Below the pieces are notes generated by a model, which saw only the letters and a list, made by a program, of their open reading frames with translations, had not been told where the DNA came from and made no database searches. From Myxococcota bacterium (GTDB taxonomy: Bacteria; Myxococcota_A; UBA9160; UBA6930), in NCBI GenBank assembly GCA_965223705.1, contig OZ245015.1, forward strand, positions 2,400,001-2,464,000: 64,000 bases of DNA. The letters run 5' to 3'. Shown here piece by piece: positions 55,990 to 64,000 of this stretch (the first letter of the stretch is position 1; each line of letters starts with the position of its first letter). Both the position numbers and the translations under genes were made by a program.

Positions 55990-56418
55990 CTATTCCGGAA
56001 GCTCCTCTCCCGAGCCCCCCATCTCCGCCGGCACATCCTTTTGTTTGACGATCCCATCGTGGATCCGCAGGACCGTCTCTTCGTAGAAGACGTGCACGCC
56101 GGGCTGAAACGGGTAGTCCGGGATCACGGCTGCGTACACGTCGGTAAGCCCCATTCCGGGATGCTCCGTGAACACGTGGCCGCCGCAAGTCTTGCACCAC
56201 TTGCGCGCGCTGTTTTCGGTCTTGTTGTAGGTACCGATGTTCTCCGCACCCTTCGTCACCTGAACCGCATCCGGCGGCCAGAGCGTAAACGCATTCACCG
56301 GCCCGGCCGACCAATGACGGCACGATTCGCAGTGGCAGTAGCCCATCGCTGCCGGATCTCCGCTAACCGTGAGTTGAACGGCGCCGCAAAAGCAGCTGCC
56401 CTGGGTGGTCTTTGACAT
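55990..56418 (-). CDS. GFA family Zn protein
   Basis: GSCFCG, YCHCESCR, WCKTCG. Confidence 0.92.
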   Translation of the reverse strand: MSKTTQGSCFCGAVQLTVSGDPAAMGYCHCESCRHWSAGPVNAFTLWPPDAVQVTKGAENIGTYNKTENSARKWCKTCGGHVFTEHPGMGLTDVYAAVIPDYPFQPGVHVFYEETVLRIHDGIVKQKDVPAEMGGSGEELPE

Positions 56419-56487
56419 GTGCCCTCCTCTGGGGCTTCCAGTGTACCTCCGACGCGCCCGCCTGCGGCGAGTTCCGTCGGAGGGCCC

Positions 56488-57282
56488 TCACTTGGCCTCG
56501 GCCAACCGCTCGCGCACGCGATCGGGGCTATCGACGGTTCGACTCTCGTACAACCGTCGACCGACGAGCCGCAGGGTTTTCGCGATGGTCGGAAGCACGT
56601 CCATCTTGCTGTGGCCCACGCGCCCCGCGTACTCGAGCTCGATGGGAACCTCGCTCGCATCGACGCCGACGGCGCGCAAGCGCAGCAGCAAATCCATGAC
56701 CGCCTCGAAGCCCCGCGCATCGGTGAGCTCGCGGCCGAACGCCCGCTGGGCGCGCCGGAGCGTCGCTGCGCGGTAAGCGCGAAAGCAGCAGGTGTAGTCG
56801 TGGACCCCGGGAACGGGGAGGAGTCGGCGAAGCAGGACACGGGCGCCGTGGGAGAGCCCGGTCCGGAAGGGCGGAACTCCGGAAACGCGGGCGCCCGGCT
56901 GATAGCGGGAGGCGATCACGAGTTCTTTCCCGTCCTCGATTTTGGCGACTAGTTGGGGCAGGAGCCGCGGGGGATGGGTTCCGTCGGCATCGAGTGTGAC
57001 GATGACGTCGTCATCGTCACTCCCGCCCAAGATGTGCGCAAAACCGGTACAGAGCGCCGCGCCCAAGCCGCGGTTACGCCGGTGCCGCTCGACCTCGAAG
57101 AGCGCGTCGGGATGACGAGCCGCCTCTTCTCGCGCCACCGCGACCGTTGCATCGGTACTCCCGTCGTCGACGAGGAGGACGGCCGCGGGGCCTCCCATTT
57201 GGCGGAGCACCGCGAAGAGGTCCCGGAGCAGCGGTCCGATCACCGGCGCTTCGTTGTACGCGCACAAGAGGACGCGAATCAT
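56488..57282 (-). CDS. GT2 glycosyltransferase (DPM1-like)
   Basis: AYNEA, VDDGSTD, NRGLG, DADG.H, ASRY. Confidence 0.9.
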   Translation of the reverse strand: MIRVLLCAYNEAPVIGPLLRDLFAVLRQMGGPAAVLLVDDGSTDATVAVAREEAARHPDALFEVERHRRNRGLGAALCTGFAHILGGSDDDDVIVTLDADGTHPPRLLPQLVAKIEDGKELVIASRYQPGARVSGVPPFRTGLSHGARVLLRRLLPVPGVHDYTCCFRAYRAATLRRAQRAFGRELTDARGFEAVMDLLLRLRAVGVDASEVPIELEYAGRVGHSKMDVLPTIAKTLRLVGRRLYESRTVDSPDRVRERLAEAK

Positions 57283-58628
57283 CCGGTGGCCTCGGCCGCG
57301 GCTGGAAGGCTCGCCACCCACTCCTCCACCAATTCGCAGCACGAGTTCCACGAATTGACGCGCGGGTAGAGTTGGGTCGTCGAGAGCGAATAGAGTCGCC
57401 CCGGGATGGCCTCAAAGGGCGGGCGGTTCGCCAGCGCCCCCCGTCGCCAGATCGGTTCGACGAACGGCGCGCGAAAAAGCCGCGCGGCCTTCACCTTGGG
57501 TTCGACGCGGGGATAGAGTCGCGAGAGATCCCGGCGGTAGGCGTCGAGCAGGGACGCGTCCGACCGCCTGTAGAACTCGCTATCGCGATGACAGTAGTTC
57601 ACGAAGTAGCTCACGTGGTTTCCGCGTGTGCGCTCGAGCGGGAGCAGGTTGGACATCTCCACGACCCCCTGAGCGGTCGCACCCGAGTCGACAAAGGGAG
57701 TCCAGTAGTTGTTCGACAGCGGGCGATCGAGGACCAGGACTCCGCAGATCACGCCCTGGTAGTCGAGATCCTGCCCGCGGAACGACGGTGCGATGGAAAG
57801 CCCGGCCGCGAGCTTTTGAAACAGCGGGAGCGGAGCCGTGCAGACCGCGAAATCGAAAGACGCCTCCGACCGATGATCGAACCGAATCGAGACGCTGTCG
57901 TCGCGCAGCGCAAAACCCTTCGCAGGGCTGCGGAACTCGATCGTTCCCCCGAGCTCCCGCAATCGCTTCTCGATCGCCTCGGTCAGGGAGCGGTATCCGC
58001 CGCGTAAGAAACCTTTTCGCTCGGGGCCCGTGTTCTTCTCGCGGTGGAGGCGACTCGTGACCCAGAGCGCGGGCACGGTGCGGGCAGCGTCGCCGAGCTT
58101 GGCGCGCAGGAGAGGCTCCCAGACGGTTCGGTAGGCCCGTTCACCGGCGAGACGACGAAGCCACGACTCTGCCGTGACGCCATCGAGGCTCGGGGACGTT
58201 CCCCGGAACCGCGCCCACAGCGCGAGCGCCGCCAGGCGCAACCGCTCGTCGAGCCGGAGCGGTGAAAAGCGCAGGAGGTCCCGCGGCGTGTTCAACGGAT
58301 AGAGCGCGCCCTCGACCATGAAACCCATGCGGGTCTCGCGCCAGGCCACGGAATTTTCGAGGCCGACGTCCGTGACGAGTTGTAGAAGCGCTGCATCGCT
58401 AGGGAGTAAACAGTGATAGAAGCGCTCGATTTCCAACGCTTTTTCTCTTGACCCACCCTCACCGTCCAGAGCGAGGGAGACCGCGTCCCCGAGGCCCCCC
58501 AGATGGTCAGAGGCTTCGAAGACGGTGACCTCGCAGCCCCGTTCGGCGAGTCGAAGCCCGGCCGCCAACCCGGTAATTCCAGCTCCGACGATGCCCGCAC
58601 GGGCAGGCCTATGGGCAGGGCGTTGCAA
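57279..58628 (-). CDS. FAD-dependent oxidoreductase (protoporphyrinogen/amine oxidase fold); start uncertain
   Basis: GAGITGL, FEASDHLGGL, ERFYH, GFLRGGY; ATGA overlap with the GT2 gene. Confidence 0.85.
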   Translation of the reverse strand: MQRPAHRPARAGIVGAGITGLAAGLRLAERGCEVTVFEASDHLGGLGDAVSLALDGEGGSREKALEIERFYHCLLPSDAALLQLVTDVGLENSVAWRETRMGFMVEGALYPLNTPRDLLRFSPLRLDERLRLAALALWARFRGTSPSLDGVTAESWLRRLAGERAYRTVWEPLLRAKLGDAARTVPALWVTSRLHREKNTGPERKGFLRGGYRSLTEAIEKRLRELGGTIEFRSPAKGFALRDDSVSIRFDHRSEASFDFAVCTAPLPLFQKLAAGLSIAPSFRGQDLDYQGVICGVLVLDRPLSNNYWTPFVDSGATAQGVVEMSNLLPLERTRGNHVSYFVNYCHRDSEFYRRSDASLLDAYRRDLSRLYPRVEPKVKAARLFRAPFVEPIWRRGALANRPPFEAIPGRLYSLSTTQLYPRVNSWNSCCELVEEWVASLPAAAEATG

Positions 58629-58652
58629 AATGGAACCGAGTTCTATCATTTG

Positions 58653-58668
58653 GGTGATTAATATCACA
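58653..58668. promoter_or_regulatory. CRP/FNR-family-like operator in an AT-rich divergent promoter
   Basis: GGTGA-TTAATA-TCACA, core GTGAT-N4-ATCAC. Confidence 0.55.
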
Positions 58669-58686
58669 TGTTAACTTGGGTCCGCC

Positions 58687-59601
58687 GTGAGCCCCGAGAT
58701 CCTCGAGAATCTGCCCATCGCCACCGTGAGCGTCGACGTGGACCCGCTCGATATCCATCTCCGCGGGTACGGGGTCGATGGTTTGAAACCAGACACGCTC
58801 GCCTACGACACCGCCGTCCCGCGTCTGCTCGGACACTTCGCGGGCGCCGACATACGGGCCACGTTCTTCTTTGTCGCCCGCGACGCCAAACGTACGCGGG
58901 CGACGATCCGCCGGGTCGCGGACGCCGGCCACGAAATTGCCAGCCACTCGATGACGCACCCCGAACACTTGTCGGAGGTCCGACCGAAGGTGTTGCGGCG
59001 CGAACTGCGTGCCTCGCGCAAGCGCCTCGAGGACGTGGCCGGCAGATCGGTCGCGGGATTCCGCGCGCCCAATTGGGATCTCACCCCCGCGATTGCCGAA
59101 GCGCTTTCCGAGGCCGGCTACCGCTACGACGCGTCGGGTTACCCCACCCCGCTTCTCGCGGCGGCGCGGCTTCTCGTCGCAGCGAAATCCCGCCGCGTCC
59201 CCCACCGTCGCTCACTTTTTCCCGCAAACTGGCAGCGGCGTCCCCACCACTGGGAAATCGGTGGTTCCTCGCTCCGGCAGTTTCCGGTCACGGTGACACC
59301 GTGGTTGCGTTGGCCGGTCTACCACACAGCCGCTCTCCTCTTCGGCGGCGCCCGAACAGCTCGCCAGCTCGAGCAGATCGCCGAGGCCGGCGACACACTC
59401 TCCTATCCGCTCCACGCCGTCGATGTCCTCGGCTTGCAAGAGGACGGGATCGACGCTCGGCTCGCGCGCCACCCGGGCATGCGACGGCCGTTGGCCGAGA
59501 AACGCGGGCTGTTGGCGCGCATTCTCGAGATGATCGGCGAACGGTTCGAAACCCGGACTTTCATCGAGCGGCTCGACGAGGCCACCAGCGCCGCCGCCTG
59601 A
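58687..59601 (+). CDS. Polysaccharide deacetylase (CE4/NodB)
   Basis: SVDVD, ATFFFV, HEIASHSMTH, GFRAP, YRYDAS. Confidence 0.9.
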   Translation: MSPEILENLPIATVSVDVDPLDIHLRGYGVDGLKPDTLAYDTAVPRLLGHFAGADIRATFFFVARDAKRTRATIRRVADAGHEIASHSMTHPEHLSEVRPKVLRRELRASRKRLEDVAGRSVAGFRAPNWDLTPAIAEALSEAGYRYDASGYPTPLLAAARLLVAAKSRRVPHRRSLFPANWQRRPHHWEIGGSSLRQFPVTVTPWLRWPVYHTAALLFGGARTARQLEQIAEAGDTLSYPLHAVDVLGLQEDGIDARLARHPGMRRPLAEKRGLLARILEMIGERFETRTFIERLDEATSAAA

Positions 59602-59636
59602 GCGGGTATGCTTCTTCTCGAACCGAAGGAGCACCT

Positions 59637-60623
59637 GTGGACCATTCAAAATTCGGCCTCTTCCTCGCCGGCGGCGACATCGAGCAAATCAAGCGCGACG
59701 CCCGGCTCGCAGAGACGTTGGGGTACTACTCGATCACCACCAACGATCACTTTTTCTCGCCGTTCGGCACAGCGGAGACGCCACAACTCGAGTGCTTCAC
59801 CTTGCTGACGGTGATCGCATCGGTGACCGAGCGTGTGCGCATCGGCCCCACGGTGGCGGCGGCTTCTTTCCGAACCCCGGCGATGCTGGCGAAGATCGCC
59901 AGCACTCTCGATGTCGCGAGCGGCGGACGTCTCGAGTTGGGACTCGGCTCGGGCTGGTTGCCCACCGAGTATCGCGCCCACGGCTACCCCTTCCCGAGCA
60001 CCCCCGAGCGCTTGGCCCAGCTCGCGGAAACCGTGCAGATCGTGAAGGCGATGTGGACGGAGGAAAAGCCTTCCTTCCGAGGCGAGTATTTCGAGATCGA
60101 TGGCGCGCTGAACCAGCCGCGCCCGCTGCAGCGCCCGCATCCACCGCTCATGCTCGGCGGGTCCGGAACCGGGCTCCTGCGTATCGCGGCGCAGCACGCG
60201 AATATCATCAATCTCATTCCGCCGACGGGCGACGGCAAGGACTTCCCGAACGACCCGCAAGCCACCCTTCGATTCGATACCGCGCGGATGAAGGAGCGCA
60301 TTGCGCGCCTGCGGGAGCTCACCGAGGAAGCGGGCCGCAAGCCCGACGAAATCGAACTCTCCGGGCTCGTCCTGTTGTGCGTCGGCAAGACCGAGGGGGA
60401 TGCGGCACCCAGAGAAGTGGCGACGAGTTTGGGATTCCCCGACTACGCCACGGCGCAACGGTCGCCGGTGGTCCTCCTCGGGACTCCCGCCGAGATCCGG
60501 GATCAGCTCGAGCAATACATCGGAGAGACCGGGGTCCGGTATACGATCGTGGCCGGCACGACGCCCGATTCCGCGCAGCGGTTCGGCGAAGAGGTACTGC
60601 CCGCGTTCTCCGGAGCGTCGTGA
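59637..60623 (+). CDS. LLM class F420-dependent oxidoreductase
   Basis: NDHFF, FRTPAMLAKIASTLDVASGGRLELGLGSGW, PLQRPHPPLMLGG; AAGGAG SD. Confidence 0.92.
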   Translation: MDHSKFGLFLAGGDIEQIKRDARLAETLGYYSITTNDHFFSPFGTAETPQLECFTLLTVIASVTERVRIGPTVAAASFRTPAMLAKIASTLDVASGGRLELGLGSGWLPTEYRAHGYPFPSTPERLAQLAETVQIVKAMWTEEKPSFRGEYFEIDGALNQPRPLQRPHPPLMLGGSGTGLLRIAAQHANIINLIPPTGDGKDFPNDPQATLRFDTARMKERIARLRELTEEAGRKPDEIELSGLVLLCVGKTEGDAAPREVATSLGFPDYATAQRSPVVLLGTPAEIRDQLEQYIGETGVRYTIVAGTTPDSAQRFGEEVLPAFSGAS

Positions 60624-61033
60624 ACGCAGTCGCGGTCGCGCTCCTTGTATCGCTCGTCGCGTGTAGCCCGGATACGCCACCGCCGGCGATCGACTGGAGC
60701 GCCCACCACGCGACCGAAGCGGGGTTCTACCACGTGGTTCTGCGGCCGGTGGACGGCGAGACGCCTGTCGGGAAGATCCACGAGTGGGAGGTCACCGTCT
60801 ACGATCCAGACGGTGGACCCGTCGAGCCGCATTCTCTCTCCGTCGACGGCGGAATGCCCCAACACGGCCACGGGCTGGTGACCGCGCCACGCGTCACCAA
60901 GAAACTCGGACCGGGGAAGTTCCTGATCGAAGGCGTGAAGTTCCACATGCCGGGGCGTTGGGTGTTCAACCTGGGGATCTCGGGTCCGCTCGGCCGCGAC
61001 CTCCTGCGACTCGAGCTGGACGTCGGGCCCTGA
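60620..61033 (+). CDS. YtkA/FixH-like Ig-fold lipoprotein
   Basis: Lipobox LVAC, DGGMPQHGHGL, KFHMPGRW; GTGA overlap with the LLM stop. Confidence 0.8.
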   Translation: MNAVAVALLVSLVACSPDTPPPAIDWSAHHATEAGFYHVVLRPVDGETPVGKIHEWEVTVYDPDGGPVEPHSLSVDGGMPQHGHGLVTAPRVTKKLGPGKFLIEGVKFHMPGRWVFNLGISGPLGRDLLRLELDVGP

Positions 61034-61084
61034 GGACGATCGATCGAGACCGCCGGCAAAACGGCAGGCCTCGCCCGAGACTTC

Positions 61085-62404
61085 TCAGGACTCGTCGTCT
61101 TCCGCGCCGCCCGCGAATACGAGCCTTCCGGCCGCGTCCTGGGCCTCGACGCGCGCTCGGACTTCCGGGCTGAGAGAAAGCGGGCGATCGTCGGGGAAAC
61201 GCCCTTCGAGCAGATCGGGGCGGAGGTGGAACTTCTCGGGATCCACCACGAGGGATTGACTGCGCGCGCCGTTTCGGAGCCAGCGGCGACGCATGAAGTC
61301 CGGATTGAAGAGTGTCTCGCGCTCAGCGTCCGTCCACGTTTGGAGCAGCATCGCATCGTGGCAGCTGTAGGTCACGAGATCGAGGCGTACGTCCCAGTAG
61401 ACACTGTGGGGGTTGGTGTATCCGAAGCCGTCGGGAAGGTCGAGGTTCTGACGCTCCCCCACGCGCACTTGGATCGTACGCAGAGCCCCGTCGGCATCGT
61501 ATTGTTCGATGCGCAGCGGGAAGAAGAAGTGCTGGTCGACCCAGTAGAGGATCCTGGCGATTTGGTACGTGGGCAGCCAATCTCCCCTCGGCACGGCTTC
61601 CACGACGAAGGTGTCGACCCCGCCGTCCGCGCGGTAGTGGGGATAGTCGTCACCCATCATTTGGATCTCGGCGGTGTTCTTCTCGAAGAAGCTCCCGTCG
61701 GCCCGCGAGAGTGTGATCGTCGGTCGCGTTTTTGGGAAACGCACCGTCCGGTCCAGGACATCCGTGCCGACGAGGCGCCATTCGAACTCCCAGGCTTCGA
61801 GGCCGACGATGTCGTCGAACGATTGAACGGAGTCGGGGAACTGCGAATCTCGGCGTGGCGGGGGCTGGCGGCGAACGCGACGAAGCGAGGGTGAGTAGAC
61901 GAAAAAGTCGAGCTTGGTCGGCTGCTCGGGGCCGGTCCGTTTGAGGTGCCAGACTTGTTGTACGCCTTCGTCCCGCGGCGGATACGTGTAGAAGTAGTTC
62001 CAGCGTTGGTAGGTGTCCCCGGGCTTGCTGTAGATGCGACCGGCCGCCCCACCCTCCCCGACGTCGTCGACCATACCGACCGTGATGCCCTCGGTCAGGT
62101 ATCCCTCTTTCGTGATCGAGCCGAACACGTCGGCGAGGGCGTGAGACCAGCTCGCGACGTGGTTGAAGTTCATCAGCCGGTAGCCCATCTCTTCCGCGTT
62201 GAACGGGGCCTGAAACGGGTACGCCTCCTCGGGGATGTACTCGATCTCGGCGTGCCGCGGACCCGGGCCCGAGAGGTCGGCACGTGCGAGCACGTCGGGG
62301 GGGAGGTCCTTCGCCAATCGCCACTCCGCGTCATCGCCCGTCGCCGCGGAAGAGAGCCCCAAGACGACGCCCACGAACACCAGCTGTCGCATACTAAAAC
62401 TCAT
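61085..62404 (-). CDS. DUF1329 family (LolA-like) periplasmic protein
   Basis: Signal peptide, YSPSLRRVRR motif, EWRLVG, YWVDQ. Confidence 0.75.
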   Translation of the reverse strand: MSFSMRQLVFVGVVLGLSSAATGDDAEWRLAKDLPPDVLARADLSGPGPRHAEIEYIPEEAYPFQAPFNAEEMGYRLMNFNHVASWSHALADVFGSITKEGYLTEGITVGMVDDVGEGGAAGRIYSKPGDTYQRWNYFYTYPPRDEGVQQVWHLKRTGPEQPTKLDFFVYSPSLRRVRRQPPPRRDSQFPDSVQSFDDIVGLEAWEFEWRLVGTDVLDRTVRFPKTRPTITLSRADGSFFEKNTAEIQMMGDDYPHYRADGGVDTFVVEAVPRGDWLPTYQIARILYWVDQHFFFPLRIEQYDADGALRTIQVRVGERQNLDLPDGFGYTNPHSVYWDVRLDLVTYSCHDAMLLQTWTDAERETLFNPDFMRRRWLRNGARSQSLVVDPEKFHLRPDLLEGRFPDDRPLSLSPEVRARVEAQDAAGRLVFAGGAEDDES

Positions 62405-63989
62405 AAGTCAGCTCGATCCCGATGTTGTCATACGTTCGGTACTGACCGAACAAGTCGTCGCTGTCACCGCCCGAATAGTCTGTGTAGATCAGTTTCCCCT
62501 CGATGTACTGGGAGAACTCGTACGCGACGATGTACTTCTGCTTGATACCTTGAAAATTCCGGCTCGGTTGACTGATGTAAGGCGTAATCGTGGCGCTCAC
62601 GCTCAGACGATCGCGCGTGAACCGAAAGGGACGCTCTAGAAACACCACCGGTGCCAAGGCCCACGCATCGCCGACCGCACCTCCGAAGCCGCCACCGAGA
62701 CTCGCCCGCCAGTCTTTCGTGTAGTAGAAGGAAGGTTGAAAAATCAGCGTGGTGTTGTGGGGAAACGCGAACTCGAACGCCACGGCGGCGCGGATCGTGT
62801 CGGTCTCTTTTAATCCGTCGACCGACGTTCCCGCCAGCGCGACGGTGCGTTCCTCGAAATCCGTGAACGGCACGTCTTTGCTGAGCAACGCCTCGACGCG
62901 AAGAACGACCGGCAGGGTCCCGATCGCGGGCACTCCGCTGAGTGTGCCCGAATAGTCCGACGTGAAGCCGAACTGGTGGATGCGACGGTGGCGGCGCTCG
63001 AGCAGCAGATGCGTGCCAGACGCGTCGGTGAAACGTCCCGTGATCGATTCCGACGGATTCTTGTCCCAGGCGTAGAAATAGATCAGCCCAAACGTCCAGG
63101 CGCCTACCGGCCAGTCGATGCGGAACGCGAGCTGGTGGTCGCCGAGGTCGTTCCAGTCCGGTCGGCTTCGGTTGTCGATCCGGTCGCCGCCGGCGTTCAC
63201 AAGGCCCGACAAGAGCGGATCGTCGTGCCGCGCCAGGTCATCCGCCGGAGGAATCAACGGTGAGAACCAGGGCGATCCGTAGGCCGGGTTCTCGTCTCGC
63301 TCGAACTCGGGGATCCACAGGAAGTTGAGCGACACCGGTCCGGCGTAGTAGGTGACGTTCGCCATCCACACCGGGATCCGACGCCGTTCATAGTCCGACG
63401 ACTCGAGTTGAACGGACTCGCGGTTGTCGATCGGGTTGATCACGTCGATGAACTGGCCGTCCATCTTTCCCCACGCGATCTGTTGCTTGCCGAGTACGAC
63501 GTCGAGCTTCAGCGTCCGGTAGGCGATGAACAGTTCCCGGACGATGTCCTTCGAGTCCTCGTATCCGCGGAATCGCTCGTCGACTTTCGGCGCGTAGAGG
63601 CCGTCGGCATCTTCGATGCTGTAGACAGGATCGTAGAGCCCATGAAAAATCCCGCTCAGTTGAAGGCTCTTCGAAACCTGATAACCGACTTCGAGCTCGA
63701 ACAGGTTCTGGAATTGAAGCAAGCGATAATCGCGCTCGCGAAAGCCGACATCGTCGCTCCCGTGGAGCAAAACGTCGGTGCCGAGCGTGTACGTACCGTT
63801 CAGCGATAGTCGCGGCACGCGGCGCTCGATCGGCCGGGTGAGGTAGCGACCACCGGGGTCGAAGACCGCGAGCTCGCGCTCGAACTGGGCCCATCGCTCC
63901 CCAAGACCCGCCGAGGCCATTTGCGGTCCGCTGACGACACTCCCGCAGATGGCCGTGAGCGTCACGAGCAATCGACACCGAACCTTCAT
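62394..63989 (-). CDS. DUF1302-like outer-membrane beta-barrel
   Basis: Signal peptide, VRELFI, LGKQQIAWGKMDG, DVINP, C-terminal FGQYRTYDNIGIELTYEF. Confidence 0.75.
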   Translation of the reverse strand: MKVRCRLLVTLTAICGSVVSGPQMASAGLGERWAQFERELAVFDPGGRYLTRPIERRVPRLSLNGTYTLGTDVLLHGSDDVGFRERDYRLLQFQNLFELEVGYQVSKSLQLSGIFHGLYDPVYSIEDADGLYAPKVDERFRGYEDSKDIVRELFIAYRTLKLDVVLGKQQIAWGKMDGQFIDVINPIDNRESVQLESSDYERRRIPVWMANVTYYAGPVSLNFLWIPEFERDENPAYGSPWFSPLIPPADDLARHDDPLLSGLVNAGGDRIDNRSRPDWNDLGDHQLAFRIDWPVGAWTFGLIYFYAWDKNPSESITGRFTDASGTHLLLERRHRRIHQFGFTSDYSGTLSGVPAIGTLPVVLRVEALLSKDVPFTDFEERTVALAGTSVDGLKETDTIRAAVAFEFAFPHNTTLIFQPSFYYTKDWRASLGGGFGGAVGDAWALAPVVFLERPFRFTRDRLSVSATITPYISQPSRNFQGIKQKYIVAYEFSQYIEGKLIYTDYSGGDSDDLFGQYRTYDNIGIELTYEF

Positions 63990-64000
63990 CCGCCCTCCGC

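Noticed and set aside
58668..59636. Apparent 651-aa LLM fusion
   Set aside because: The upstream part is an alternate frame over the deacetylase; the LLM has its own AAGGAG SD and GTG at 59637.
1..64000. CRISPR arrays, tRNA/rRNA, IS elements, prophage or defence genes
   Set aside because: None recognised: no spaced repeats, transposase, integrase or phage motifs, and intergenic gaps are about 200 bp or less. A covariance-model scan was not run.

Overview
GC-rich, gene-dense bacterial chromosome segment with about 68 CDSs. I saw no rRNA, tRNA, CRISPR array or mobile element. The gene repertoire resembles uncultured Myxococcota/Binatia-like organic-matter degraders (inference only). Oxidative catabolic enzymes dominate: 12 luciferase-like (LLM) flavin/F420 oxidoreductases, a Baeyer-Villiger monooxygenase, SDR, epoxide hydrolase, CoA transferases, hotdog dehydratases, an amidohydrolase and a PQQ quinohemoprotein. 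The most striking locus (10778-18306) is a divergent cluster of three Rieske oxygenase alpha subunits. Each is directly preceded by its own copy of an unannotated ~120-aa protein that does not resemble a classical beta subunit. The cluster also holds one Rieske ferredoxin, an exported monoheme-c/Vgb-like beta-propeller protein and a PCuAC-like protein with a degenerate copper motif. Other notable items: (1) a modE-porin-tupA unit with a ModE box, where modE appears to start at a CTG sequestered in a palindrome centred on the upstream stop codon; (2) a 41-aa Cys/Lys-rich microprotein missed by the ORF track; (3) an RRM gene with a structured leader; (4) several apparently leaderless genes at very short divergent gaps. 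Also present are ada-alkA/ogt, nagZ plus a symporter, putA, a glycan-modification trio and a DUF1302/DUF1329-like pair. All calls come from motif recognition by eye; no database searches were run.
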